The translations under genes and the position numbers were made by a program. This document shows, piece by piece, positions 46,901 to 58,827 of a stretch of DNA of 58,827 nucleotides; the first letter of the stretch is position 1; each line of letters starts with the position of its first letter. The notes under the pieces are model-generated. The model was not told where the DNA came from and ran no database searches. It saw only the letters and a program-made list of their open reading frames with translations. This DNA is from Klebsormidium nitens. Lineage: Eukaryota > Plantae > Klebsormidiophyceae. The stretch is from contig DF237497.1 of assembly GCA_000708835.1 (NCBI GenBank), positions 1 through 58,827 of the forward strand, written 5' to 3'.

Positions 46901-48704
46901 GCCTCCCAGGCAGTGGGTCGTTGCTCTGCTTCGGCAGATCGTCATCGCCTATGCAATTCGAACGTCGAATTGATGCTCTGCTAGATTCTCCCTTCGAGGA
47001 CAGACTTCTTGTTCGAGCTATCTTGCAAGTATCGGAGTGTGTAGTCGTTGCTGCTCTGCCCTACTCCAGACGCCAATCGTTCTTCGGTTGCAAACAACTG
47101 AAGCTCGTGTATTCTTACAGCCAGGCCACAACAATCGTTTGTGATTGTGAGACTCACACTTACGAATCTTGTAACGAACGAAGACGACGATCAGAGTATC
47201 TTCTGATTTGGTGTGCTGTCTGCTGCGCAGCTGTACGACCGGCTGGAGCCGTACGTGACGGAGGCGGAGAAGTCGACGCTGATGAGCAAGCTGCAGCAGA
47301 CGGAGGACTGGCTGTACGAGGAGGGCGAGGACGAGACCAAGGGGGTCTACTCGGCCAAGCTGGACGAGCTCAAGAAGGTGAGCCCGCGCCCACCCACTGT
47401 GGTCGCTGGAAACACTGACTTTGTCTCGCCCCTTTCAACCCCGTCGTGCTCATGACGCTAGATATCGACGTCTTCGCTCCAATGCAGCGCTCAGCGGCAG
47501 GTATTAGTGAGCATGTTTCTTGTTTCCCCCGCTCTTGTGAGGGCTTTGGACGCCCTCTGAGCCGGTGATCCCCCGGGCGTGCAGATGGGCGACCCGCTGG
47601 AGGAGCGGTTGAAGCAGGACCAGGAGCGCCCCGCAGCCGCGCAGGGCCTGATGCAGACCATCGCGAGCTACCGGGAGGCGGCGTTGTCCAAGGACGCCAA
47701 GTACGACCACATTGATGCGGGCGACAAGGAGAAGGTGGGGTGGCCGCGTGCATTGCCGCCTCAGATGATGTACAGCTAAATTCGAAACCAAGACACGAAT
47801 GTTTTTGATCCTTGTCGATCTAGACCGCTGAACTACGTTGACAGAAGCAGGAGTCGGCTGGAAAAAGCCCACGACCCCAACGGTGTTTGTGGCACCACCA
47901 GCTATGACGAGCGGTGCTCGGCCGCGTCGGATTTCGTTCCCTGCCTAACGAGAACGCCGGATCTATTCTGCGGCGCCCCTTCCTTGAGCCAATACGATAC
48001 CTGTTTGCTCACCGTGGACGGGCGCTGACGTGGCGGTGGGCGGCGTGTGCAGGTGGTGGAGGAGAGCATCAAGGCGGAGGAGTGGCTGATGGACAAGCAG
48101 GCGCAGCAGGCGACCGTGCCCAAGACCGGCGCGCCTGTGCTGCTGGCGGAGGACATCAGGAAGAAGCAGGAGATGCTCGACAGGTGAGCCGACTGGCCAA
48201 GCGGATCTACATCCCAAAGAGGACGATTGCGGGTCGGCGTCTGGTCGAGCGCTTCTGGTCGTAGGTCGAGATCTGTGACCGTTGTTAGAGACTTGACACA
48301 TCGACCTTGCCTTATGACTGACGGTGCTAATTCCCGTCGCCGTCACCGCTCCTGCTTGTCCTGCACATTGGACAGACCCTGGATGCATGTTTCGATACAG
48401 GTTCGAGAAAAGGTACGGATTGCTGCGTCCGTCGTATTGTGATTATTGTTGCCCTGTCTCGCTTTCGTGCCGCCAGCAATCGGCGTTTGTGGCGTGTGTC
48501 CCCAGGCTGGCGCGTCCCATCATGACCAAGCCGAAGCCCGCTCCCAAGCCCGCCGAGAAGGAGACGAAGCCCGCCCCAGAGGCGAAGCCAGAGGAGGCAG
48601 GGCAGCAGGACGCGAAGAAGGACGACACAGCCACGCCGATGGACACGGAAGCGGATGCCGCAAAGAGCGGTGCTGATGTCAAAGTGGAGCCAGTCGATGA
48701 GTGA
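43934..48704 (+). CDS. HSP110: Hsp110/SSE-type cytosolic HSP70 nucleotide-exchange factor (plant HSP70-14/15-like), ~843 aa
   Basis: Exons 43934-45100, 45362-45604, 45780-45878, 46098-46295, 46699-46896, 47231-47377, 47585-47734, 48053-48183, 48506-48704; 2532 nt. VVGFDIGNENC, RQRGID.VLNEESKRETP, FVDVGHAS, LGGREFDE, VEVVGSGSRVPA, KNAVEAYVYSMRNKL, EDWLYEEGED and the acidic loop typical of Hsp110. Confidence 0.97.
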
Positions 48705-49272
48705 GACGCCGGTGCTTGTCTCGTGCGTATGCATTAAAGATTTATGTGAGGGCTGCTTTTCTTTTATTTCCTAGTCGGCGAAACTAAGTTCCAGCAGAAC
48801 GGGCCAACTTTATAGACATAGTTTCTCTTTGGCTGGGCGATTGACTGTAGGGAATGATTTAGAACAAGCAAGCTTGGGCTTGTAGTTCATAGGAAACGAG
48901 TGTATCAAATACACGGGCCCTTTTGCACCCTTTCATGAAAGCTATGATATAATGGACATTCTTCTGACTACTAGACACATATACCATGCAGTCATTTTCG
49001 TCCCTGCGTGGCCCCTTTTTGCTACAACATCTCTCATATTGCCCGACACTTGATAAGTTTTCAGACAACCAACCCGGTAATGAGTTCCAACATTGAATGT
49101 GCTCCACGGAGAATCGTCGTACTGATTGCATCATTAAGGTCGCCATCATACACATCCATATCATGTATGCCCTGAGATCAGGACTAAAGATGGCGCAAGT
49201 GCAGCCACGACATTGAAAAGAACATTGCATGGTCAATATGACTCTGGCCGCCAACTCTCGTATGATTTTAGA

Positions 49273-49457
49273 GGGGTGTGACTTAAGACAGGCGCCCGGG
49301 AGACAGGGGAGGGGTAGGTAAGGTAGTTATGGTGGGTTGGGGTGCAGAGCGGGTTCGAATGATTATTTAATTGGGTTAGGTTTTAATATACTTTGTGGGC
49401 CCGCAGGTAGCTTGAATCTTATAGGTCACACGCCCCGGGCCTTATAGCTGTCACACG
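49273..49457. repeat. Degenerate inverted-repeat element with a G-rich interior (possible old MITE)
   Basis: Left arm GGGGTGTGACTTAAGA (49273-49288) is roughly the reverse complement of TCTTATAGGTCACACGCCCC (49417-49436). A second partial right arm CTTATAGCTGTCACACG lies at 49441-49457. The interior has GGGGAGGGGTAGG..GGTGGGTTGGGG. Confidence 0.4.
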
Positions 49458-49848
49458 AGAGTTGCCGCATGGTATGTCAATACGCTGGCATGTGAGTCGG
49501 ACACGGATGTACAGCCGCCGGGTCTCCATTGCACCAGTATATAGGGTCGCGGGCAGCTGGCATAGGTCGGCCCATGCAGCTGACATGTACGTGGTGTCAT
49601 TCCATGGTATCAACTCATGACCGTCGCTTAGACATGTATAAGGTGCTTCATTATGCCCGCAGGACGACAATATGTAACGGCCAGGACCATTGCAGGTAGC
49701 TGGGTGGATCGAGAAGGTAGAACCCGGTCCACGGCGTTGCGCGCCTTCGCGTGAATACTCTGTGCTATTTAGCATGCAGTATATGGAACGCTTTTCAGAA
49801 TAAACAACAATGCCAACGCCCGACTTCCGGTTCACATCTCTGTCGGCC

Positions 49849-52800
49849 TCAACCCAAAAGGTCATGGAAGATGTCTGGATTTTGCGGCACAATTCCTGCT
49901 TTCTGAGCCTGCTGGGCCTTGTTGACGACTGGTGACACCGAATTGGGCCTTCCATTTCCCGCCAGGCCCGGCCCCGTGTTTGTCAGTCCCGGAACTGGGC
50001 TGGTCGGCCGGTTCGACGAAACGCCCCCAACTACGGAACCGGGTTGCGTCGGCCCCGCATACAAGGAGGCCAAATCAAAGGCAGGCTTTGCGGCCGCAGC
50101 AACAGCAGGAGACGGCTCTGTCGAGGGGGGAGCCGGAGTGGAAACGGACAGCCCTTCTAGCTGCTTGAAGGGATCCGCAGCAGGGGTCGGAGCCGCGCTT
50201 GAAGGAGCCTCGCTATCCGAGCCGAAGTCGAGCAGATTCACTTCCGGCTGCGGGACGGGGGTTGACTTCGTGGGCGTTCCCGCACGGCCCCCTTCCGCCA
50301 GTTTCGTCTTTGTGGCCGGCCGAGGCGCTGCCTTTCCTCCACCACGAGACGTGGTGGCAGCGCCCCCCCCGAAGAGCGATGCCGCCAGCTTCTTCTTTTC
50401 CTCGGACACCTCAGGTTCGCGTGGCCGTCGATCAGAGACGTACGGAGTTGGGCGGGCTTCTTCCCGAGGAGCGGAGGAAACGGGGGCCGAGGGCGGAGCA
50501 CTGCTGGAGGAAGCTGACGTAGACGCAGCGGACGTTGAGGGAGCGCTGCAAACAGAGAGGATGATGTCAGCACAGACCTGCGAGCGCAAGCACTGGCAGA
50601 CAAGCGGCAGTTTGCGAAGCGCAGCTTGCTGCGGTGGTGCTCTTTGCAATTGCGTTGGGGATCCCTCAACCAAACCTGCAGCAGTCGCTACCAATTTTCA
50701 TAAACCTTGTCCAAAACAAAATCAAAACCACAGCTGAGGGTTGCCTCTGCCCCTCTCACCTGGTGTACGTCGACCGCCCCCACTTCTTCTGCACTCCGTC
50801 CAGCCGCAGCCCCAGCTTTGGCGGACCGCCCGTCTGCCCCCTACCCGACGCCTCGGGCGCCCCGCTGGCCGCGCTGCCCCGGGCAGCCTCCACGTGCATC
50901 AGGTCTCCCGCACCGTAATTCGGCTGTTCGGGCGGGGTCATATTGCGAGCAGGGATCGTCGGCGTTTCGTATGCCTCAAATCGGAGAGAGTGCGAAGGAG
51001 GGGTGGCGGGCCGGGGCCCTGAGGGTCCCAGGAGAGTGGCCAGGTCGGTGGTGGGGGGCAGGCCCAGGCGCTCGTTCTCGGAGATGTACGGCTTGGCGCC
51101 GGCAGTGCGAGCGGCAGCGACAAAAGCGCCAAGGAACGACAGGCTCTCGTCTACCTGCAATGACGGAAGAAGAGCAACCAGCTCCATCGATCATGCAGGA
51201 ATAGTGCTCACACACTTAGGCAAAACCTTCTGCTGGGAGCTGCCAAGGATCTCTTCAGACCGATCGAAGTGGATCCGTCTGCAACTCATGCAAATGTGCT
51301 GGTGAACGTGCTGCGCGGCAAACGGGACCGTTTCATCCTGCACAACCTGTACTCCTGCCATCTGCCAAGGGGCCCAGACTTGCCAACACGCAGATATTTA
51401 GCCCTTTTCCCCCTGCGCTCCGACGCTCACCTCGATGTCTTCGCAGGAGGCGTCCTCGGGCAGCGCGGACCCGACGGCGTCCGTGCCGAGGCCCAGCAGC
51501 GCCTGCAGCTCGTACGCGCGCTGCTGCAGGTCCGTCGAGCGCGACATGCACAGCGCGTCCAGGAACGACCGCACCTCGGGGGTCACCGGGGCGGGCCGCC
51601 CCGCGGCAACCTGGAAGGCGCACACCTTCTGGATGGCAGACACCGCGTAGCCCTGCCAAAACAGAATGGTGCCGGGTGAGGCAGAACGCCTGGGAGAGGG
51701 GCAGAATAACCAAGTGCACTTAGTGCCATACCATGCGGCTAGGCGGTGAGAAAGAGATGCGGAGCTGCTGTGTGATACGCCCGTGAACGGCTCGAAAGTT
51801 CAAACAAAATCGAGACGAGCGCAGGGCCGAAACGTTAGTATTGCATGAGCGCAAAGCCGGTGACCTCTGTTGTGGCTAAGCCGTGGAAGACCGAGGTCAC
51901 TCGGAAGCAAAACTAAAATAAATGATGCGCCTCTATCCCGCATGTTTCGGCTGGCTCACCCGCACAGTGGTGTCCTCGGAGTAGCGGTCGGCCAGGTCAC
52001 AGAGGCTGGTCACGATGGCCGTTGCGGAATGCTTTCCGTCTGCGGTCCCGTACTCGCCCAGTACCCAACAGATGACCTGGCAAAGGACGCAACCAAGTCT
52101 GAACAAAGGGTCTAGGGACTTTTGCGCTCTCGAGACCACTAATTCTGAGGTTGCCAGCTTGCTGAGAGCATCTACAAATGGCGACCCCATCGTTCGACTC
52201 AGCAACTCAGCTCAACTGATTCAAAGCAGATTCTTATAGGGGCTAATGATATTTGCACGCCCCTAATGCACGCCTCCCCGTTCGCTGGCGGATGCGGGCT
52301 AACCTGCAGCAGGAGGGCCGGCAGCTTGGGCGCCTCGAGCAGGTCCAAGTACGAGTCGACCGCCAGCGAGCGCAGCTGCGTGTCCGATGCCTCGTCCTCC
52401 TCGCCGTTGCCCTCGGCAATGAGGCGCATCAGGTCGTGCGCCGCCTTGGGCTTCACCAGGTCGCCCGCCAGCGCAAACACCTGGTTCATCGTCTGCAAGC
52501 GGAATGGGAAATCCATTCACGAGGCCGCCTCCGCAACGTGCTGGACGACGAGCAATCAGCTTGTCCGAGTTGACGCCCGATTTGATGAGAGCGGAGCAAA
52601 CAACCGAGAAACGTGAGAAGTATGTCGGGATCAACACGATGTGCGACATCCGGAAGCATCTGCAGGCGCAAAGTTTCCAGAACTTTGCGCAAAGGCTTTA
52701 GGATCCCGTATTTGCAACAATAGGTTGAGATTACATGCTTGCAGCGATGGCTCACCAGGATGAACCACTCGTTGGTGGGCGCAAAGCGCTCGGCGAGCTC

Positions 52801-55392
52801 GATGACCTTGCCCGCAATGGTGCCCTTCGAGTGGGCGTCGGTGACGGTGCGCATGTAGCCAATCATGCGCTCCACAATCACCTCCACATTGGCGGGCTTG
52901 GTCATCTTGAAAAGCAGCTCCAGCGTCTTGCGCTTGAGCGTCTCGTCTGGGTCCTCCAGGCAGTCAATCACCGCCAGCTGGTGCTCCGCCGCAAAGTCGG
53001 CGTTGATCTTCACGATGCGGCCCAGCGCGTCGATGCCCATGTACCGCAGGTTGTGGCTCTCGCTCTGCACAGCCATAGCCGGAGGGCCTGATTATTTCAA
53101 GGACTGTGAATCTATCGTAGTTGAAAGCTCTGGCGGGGGTGATTACTACCAAGTTCAGCAGAGGAGTAGGCAGACTTCATGGATGATTGCGCCCCGTCAC
53201 TTGCCAAGTAAGCCAGCAAAGAGAGACCGCCCCACGAAACATGAGAACCAGACCAAGTCGCTCACGGCCGCTCCGACTTTCATGATAAGACAGGGAAAGA
53301 CAAGCTAGCATGACAGTAGCTGGCGCGTGAATCACCTTGAGGAAGCGGGAGGTGACTTGCGCGCTCTGCTGCAAGAGCTTGGGGTTGGGATAGATCGCTG
53401 CGATGGTGGCGATGCCCTCGTACAGGATGGCGTTCCCGATGGTGGCCCCCGTGTCGCTCTTGCGCAGCACGTCCGCCAGCACGCTGTACATGTTCTCGCT
53501 TGCAGCCTTGTCCGCCACGCCCAGCAGCGCCAGGATCTTCAGCAGCTTGATCTGGAGGGGCAGAGAGAGCGCCACATGGCTATAGCAGTCAAGAGCCGTA
53601 AATTGTCTGCACTGCCCCAAAGGGGTCATAGCAGGGACATCTACTGTTCAAGATGAAGACTCCATGCATGTCTAATTTAGTCCCTGATCTAAGTTATGGT
53701 CTCTGGCAAACATACGCCTTCCCCAGCTAACCAGCGCTTCTACTCTTCAACTGAAATGTTTGAGGCGGGGGGCTTATCAGAAGAACCTGCACATGCTGGG
53801 CATGGATTAAGCCCAGAAAGATAAACTGCCCAACTCTTTTCACAATTCCTACCACGCCCTCTCACCTGGATGAAGGGCGCGGGCGTTTTGTGGTAGTCAT
53901 ACGTCTTGGGCAGGCGGTGCTCCGCGACCTGCTTCAGGATGCTCACAAAGCTGGCCACCAGGTTCTTGTACGGCGCAGCGTCCGCCACAATCAGCTCGTA
54001 GAGCCCGCACAGAGCCGCACTCATCACGCTGGGGTCCTTGTCGCACAGCACCTGCGCGCAGCAGACGCGGACACTGGGCATCAACGGGGGCAGTGCCTGA
54101 GCCAGGCCACAATTGCAGCTCACAGCTCCCGGAGAGCATACTTTGGGTCCTTCGTTAATTGGGCAATCTGATGACAGTCACACATGCGTGCAAGCTGGGG
54201 GTTTGATTTGTCCCGCTACTCAGCCAGTGGGGAAAGGGATCTACGACAATGGACCCGAGAATATGTCACGGCTCACCTGCCGGAATCTGGGCATAAGGTG
54301 TGAGACGGTGCTGGGGGAACGCTGGTAGAAGCGGTGCAGCGCCATGACGGCTTTCCTGCGCACAAGCTCCTTGGGGTGGTGTAATAGCTCCGCAACCTGC
54401 GCAGGCCAGTGCAGACGCTGAGTCACACGTGCAAGGTGATGTGACGCTCAACCCTAGTGTGTCATGATCATGGCAAACAGATTGGCACAACAGAAGGGCT
54501 TGAAGTTCGACTCTTTCAATGCCTTCCCGCTTTGTACCTGGTTCAGGACGGCGGGGATGGTCTCCGCATTGATCAGTTTGCAGACGGCAGTGAGGGCGGC
54601 GCAGACCACGAGGTAGTTGTCCGACTTGAGGTCTTGCTGGATGGTGTTGACAATCAAGATGATCAAGTCGTGGCTGTCATCCAAGAACAGCGAGGTTGCC
54701 AGATAGCCCGTCTTCTTGGCCGCAAGACTGTGCTCGTGAGTCATCTGCGAAGAACACCAGACCCGGGCTTTTGCAAACAAGGGGAGTGAAAGCTTGGCAG
54801 AACAGGTTTGGAGGATCTCTATCCCAATGTAAACGGGTGCATGGTCAGCAATCGGGCAGTTGAAAATTTAGTAGATTCTGGGCAATAGATTGGTGCAATT
54901 CCCCACTCACAAAAGGTACACAACGAGAGGGCTCATGAGACAGGGCTGGACAGAAGCCACTGGAAGATGAGCAACAAAGAGTTCTGCATGGATTGTAAAT
55001 AATCGTATGCTAGCCATCTCTGCTGATTCTTGTAAAAATTGCAATCTTAGAGCAAAACTGCCTTGGCTGTCGCTAACGGGAATGAGTACAATTAACCACT
55101 CAAAAAATGGTAGTGAAAATCAAGCAGGCAAACCCACCTTTACGGCGTGGATGTAGCCGAAGGATGCATTATGCCCCAGCATCTCAACATACACCAGCCG
55201 AATCACGTACTCTTTCATCTTCTTCTTAGGAACATCTGGTTCAGCCATCTTCTTTTTGAGCAGCTCAATCTCCCCCAGCACAATCTTGTCTTCTTCGGCT
55301 TTTGAACGGCACTCTCCAATCTGTTTCACAAGATCCAAAAACTCCTTGGAGGAACCCCATCCCACCTGCGCACTGATGAGAGCAGCAGCCAT
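49849..55392 (-). CDS. AP4E: AP-4 adaptor complex epsilon subunit, ~970 aa
   Basis: Exons 55392-55138, 54744-54538, 54396-54277, 54051-53866, 53551-53336, 53064-52756, 52492-52304, 52076-51960, 51652-51431, 51154-50760, 50545-49849; 2913 nt. SKEFLDLVKQIGECRSKAEED, KKTGYLA, DLKSDNYLVVCAAL, YDYHKTPAPFIQ, DCLEDPDETLKRKT, STDLQQRAYE, LRFEAYE, LDGVQKKWGR, KKLAASLFGG and the DIFHDLLG end. Confidence 0.96.
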
Positions 55393-56168
55393 GGCTCTGA
55401 GCTCTGTGCTCACCAGAAACAAACAGGGCCCACTTCAGATTGAAAAGCGGACTCAGCAACACCAATCAACTTGCACTCAAAGGACAACCCTCCGCCTCCA
55501 CTGCCAGCTTGCGTCCTCATGGAGCTTCACTTCTGGGGCTTCTCTCATCTGAATCCTGCGCCTGCTCATGCAGCGAACTGACCTGGACCAGCTCAGCTCC
55601 GTGTGCCCCGCGAACTCAAGAGAGACTCAGCTAACGTGGATCTAGGGTTAGCGCTACCACGTTTCTTTTTGACACACGGTCTCAAGAAATTGTCTACCGG
55701 AAACATCAGGTTTATACTCGAGTGTCAAGGGAACGAGAAGTATGAGGAGGCAGGCAATCTCTGGATCCTCAATGCTCATGCCTTTCTGTGGGGCCACTTG
55801 AGATCCAAATTCGAATCATGCTGGTGGCATTTGATGGTGGCAAAGCACACTGACATTGACAAGGCAGGCGGCAAGTTTCAGAATGGAAGCGTTATAAGCG
55901 CTCATGCTGGTCTATGAGGAGGTTACAGTGCTTGTAGGTTTCTCCGGTAGGCGATCACCTGGCAGGAGAGTGGCAACGCGCGCGGTGCATGCACAGCTTC
56001 GGCTGCTTTTCATCTTGTGCCGATCAAGCCGACGCCAGCTCATGGAGTGTTCTCCCGTTGGTTCTCAGGGTGTGCTGTGTTTCTGAGCAGAGTCGCTGGT
56101 TGAGGTGGCAGCTTTCATGTTAGCCCAGCGCGTATAGCATTATTGGCAGCCATCAACTGACTGTAGTC

Positions 56169-57819
56169 ATGCTGAGCAGATTCAGTGGCGCCTTCAAGCG
56201 TCTTGTTGGGAAGATACAAAAAATTGAGCACGTTGGAACAGGTGTGTAACTCATGCCGCCGTGCTACGTTTGATGTTTGAAGATGAAGAGGATAGGCGGC
56301 AATAAGCAGACTCGGGCTGCCAGATCGTTTAGCTGTTTTGTCTTGCTGAGATGCACACTTGCTTGTTGCAATTGACGATCTTGCAAAGACCCAACTTTGT
56401 TCTTACCCCCTTTGGATCAGATCGGAGTGGCAATAAGTATTTCAAGCGGCCCGAAGAGGTTGATGGCACGGTGGTGGAGAAGCGGTGGATTGAGTTTGGG
56501 GGGGACAAGTTGCCTGATCCAACGTCAGTGCCCGGTAGGTTCACCACCTGTGCGCTGGTCCAGATTCTCCTCTTTCAACTCAAGGAGGAGACATTACGTC
56601 CTGGCCGGTGCATCACGATTCTTGTGTAGTGAGAGTATACATTCCCGCTTCACCACAAGGAGTCGACTGTCAACTCCTACTTGGGCAGGGCTAGGAATCT
56701 GACCCACCTTTATAAGCCAAGTGCGTTCCGATCCTTTTGTTACATCAGGCTGCTGTAAGTGTGCCTCATGCGTGAACAGGAGGCAGAGAGACACAAGTGT
56801 GCCTGACCCCTTTTCCTTCTTCAAAACCGATCCTTCTTTCTCTTTTTCATTGTGTTTTCCTTTTTGAATGCATGCTGGCCAGCAGGTGATACCAGAGACA
56901 ATCGCTTGGGGTTAGTTGGTGGTGAGTCCCCATCTTCAAACTTGGTGGTCACGTTGACATTAACCTTGACCTACTGAGTGCGCAGAATGTGGCCGCTCAA
57001 ACGCGGTGCTCTTTCTTGCTTTCCACAGTTGAGTGGACGAGCTGGCTGGCAGGGACGCGCCCACATGCCCCCTCGGAAGAGGAGATGAGCGCGCTCGAGA
57101 TGCGGCGCACCATGATCAAGTTCCGGGCGTCTGTGCTGGAGAAGGAGGAGGAGAAGCGCAAGTTCCGGGCCCGCAGCCTGAGGCAGGCCGGCGTAGCGGA
57201 GCAGGAGGGCCCGCACGACATGTCCCGCGTCATGGACCAGATCTCAGCATCATCATCGCGTGAGTACCACTGTGCCAGTATATAGAACAAACGGAAGTTC
57301 GGACGAAGCGAGGTCTGCAGCAAGTTCAGGATCGTTGTGAGTTGGCTGGGAGCTTTGAATGGCGACTTACAACTTGACGGAACTCGGATTGGCAAGTCCT
57401 GACATTGCGGGTCTGATCGAGATGGAACATCATTGCGAGGGGCCCTCCCCTCCGTCTGCTTGACAATGTCAAGATACCAGGTATCCTACTTCGTGGCAGG
57501 TGAAGATGCTTGGGAGGCAGGCGACAGCGGAAAGGTGGCTGGTCTGCCAAAGCAGAGACCTGGTTCGAGAGTGGGCGTGCAGAGATTTGATCCCGCAGCT
57601 GACTCGGGTGGGCCCAAGGGCTCCTTCAAGCCAGACTCGTGGCAGCCTAGTAGTAGTGGCGGATCGCCGAGTGCTGCTCCGAGGCCTCCATCCGAGGAGC
57701 GGAAAGCTGGCCAGCATGACCCCCGGAAACCATCTAGCAATCTTGATCAAAGCTCACAGTCTGCAGAGCCTGCGGGACGGGGGGCTACTTTTCAGCCAGG
57801 TGCTTGGCAACCAGACTAA
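56169..57819 (+). CDS. NDUFA12/NDUFAF2 (mimitin)-like complex I 17.2-kDa family protein, ~245 aa
   Basis: Exons 56169-56241, 56421-56534, 57029-57259, 57500-57819; 738 nt, phase-1 introns. VGTDRSGNKYF, EKRWIEF, PVEWTSWLAGTRPHAPSEEEM and the C-terminal FQPGAWQP resemble the plant NDUFAF2-like group. Confidence 0.88.
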
Positions 57820-58731
57820 ACGGTTTTTGAAACCTTCGGAAGTGTATGCCCATTCAAGAAAGGTTCATCTGATGGTCCTTACTTGGTACCGTCGCCTCGG
57901 GTTTTCTATGAGTTCGTGATGGAGTTTACACCTCCTTTTCGGACATACATCGCGTTTCGACTTCAATTTCGTTTCTCACTTGCCAAGGAAACTTACAGCA
58001 AGGGAGGGTTGCCTGTTCGTGCTGCCCCAACACATGGCTGGTCGAATGCTTATAATGTTGATGGAATCGAGCCTTGCGATCACGACTTCGAGGTGGCGAT
58101 GGTTTGACTGCACTTTGCTCACCTGTCCCCAACAGGGCAACAGTCACATGTTGTTGGTGCAGGCCAGTGTAGCATTCAAGACCGCAATGCTCATTCATGC
58201 TGATTCCTAATGGCTGATGTCTCACTGCTTTTTCTCATTGATACGACAATTATGAGCGCGCCGTTTCGAAGATCTTTGATTCAACTAATTATCCAAGATT
58301 CTTGCGTCCGACATTTGCAAACCTTGTGGCCAATGGAACATTGTTTTCATTTGGACACCAATTTTCTATCAACAATCGTAACAAGCAGATAGCATGCAAG
58401 GGGCATGCATGAGTGCCACTAAGAACTTGTATGCATGCACCTTTACAAGCTTTGAGACTTCAAAGTACGATCCGAAGCAGCGCGCAATTTAAGATCTCTT
58501 TAAAATTATGGTCGCGCTGCTTCAACTTGAGTGATGGAAGGCCTTGCACAGTGCACCTCACATGCCAGTGCAGCCTGTACATGTATGGCCCTTTGCATGA
58601 AAGCTCCCGAGAATGCCTTTATTTGAGCCGTTCGATGTTTCTAAGTGGCCAATCGACGGCTCATTTCTGAGCAAACATTGTGAGGGATCATCCAATTGAA
58701 ACTGCCTCAGCCTACCCGACCCCCTCGCATC

Positions 58732-58827
58732 ATGGCTTCATTCAATGCTAGCCCTCGCCGCTCTAGTCGCCCCGCTTCTTGGCTCAAACCGTTGCACAGC
58801 GCGCTGCAATTCAGCATTGCCTTGCAA
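58732..58827 (+). CDS. Possible 5' end of a further gene (Ser/Arg/Ala-rich, transit-peptide-like), truncated by the window edge
   Basis: ATG at 58732 in context CATCATGGC; MASFNASPRRSSRPASWLKPLHSALQFSIALQ is open to the last base. No family motif visible. Confidence 0.35.
   Translation, partial: MASFNASPRRSSRPASWLKPLHSALQFSIALQ

Noticed and set aside
49419-49955. 178-aa minus-strand ORF overlapping the AP4E stop and 3' region
   Set aside because: Different frame from AP4E, non-ATG start, unbiased composition and no motif.
57481-57499. AG|GTATCCTA resembling a U12 donor in the NDUFAF2-like gene
   Set aside because: It lies only 19 nt before the real acceptor inside a normal GT-AG intron. 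No modelled intron in the window has U12 signals.
1-58827. tRNA, rRNA, CRISPR arrays, transposase or reverse-transcriptase ORFs, and a metabolic gene cluster
   Set aside because: No cloverleaf or T-loop context, no regularly spaced repeat-spacer array and no DDE or RT motifs were seen. The genes are functionally unrelated housekeeping loci.

Overview
Eukaryotic, intron-rich, gene-dense nuclear DNA. The plant-type gene set, GC-rich codons and roughly 70-750 nt introns suggest a streptophyte green alga, possibly Klebsormidium-like (inference only). I assembled 14 spliced protein-coding genes by hand from splice signals and recalled plant homologues: 2H cyclic phosphodiesterase (+), Wali7/TSJT1 DUF3700-like (-), SEC23A (-), TGD5-like (+), uroporphyrinogen decarboxylase (-), peroxisomal enoyl-CoA hydratase (+), SnRK1 gamma-like CBS protein (+), UVSSA (-), DUF1992/DNAJC28-like (+), TIC21/PIC1 (-), a second divergent CBS protein (+), Hsp110-type HSP70 (+), AP-4 epsilon (-) and an NDUFA12/NDUFAF2-like protein (+). 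A possible 15th gene starts at the right edge. Ten of the 14 genes form five head-to-head pairs. Non-coding features include two MITE-like elements with clear terminal inverted repeats, a 39-bp near-perfect palindrome, a perfect heat-shock element and several short tandem duplications. I found no rRNA, tRNA, CRISPR array or transposase/retroelement coding sequence, and I cannot support a wholly new multi-gene system. The best leads are the divergent CBS paralogue pair with shared introns, the unresolved TGD5 5' end, the ~210-aa insertion in the DUF3700 protein, two GC-AG introns and the MITE/palindrome cluster in the SEC23A-TGD5 promoter. Family assignments come from recalled motifs, not database searches.
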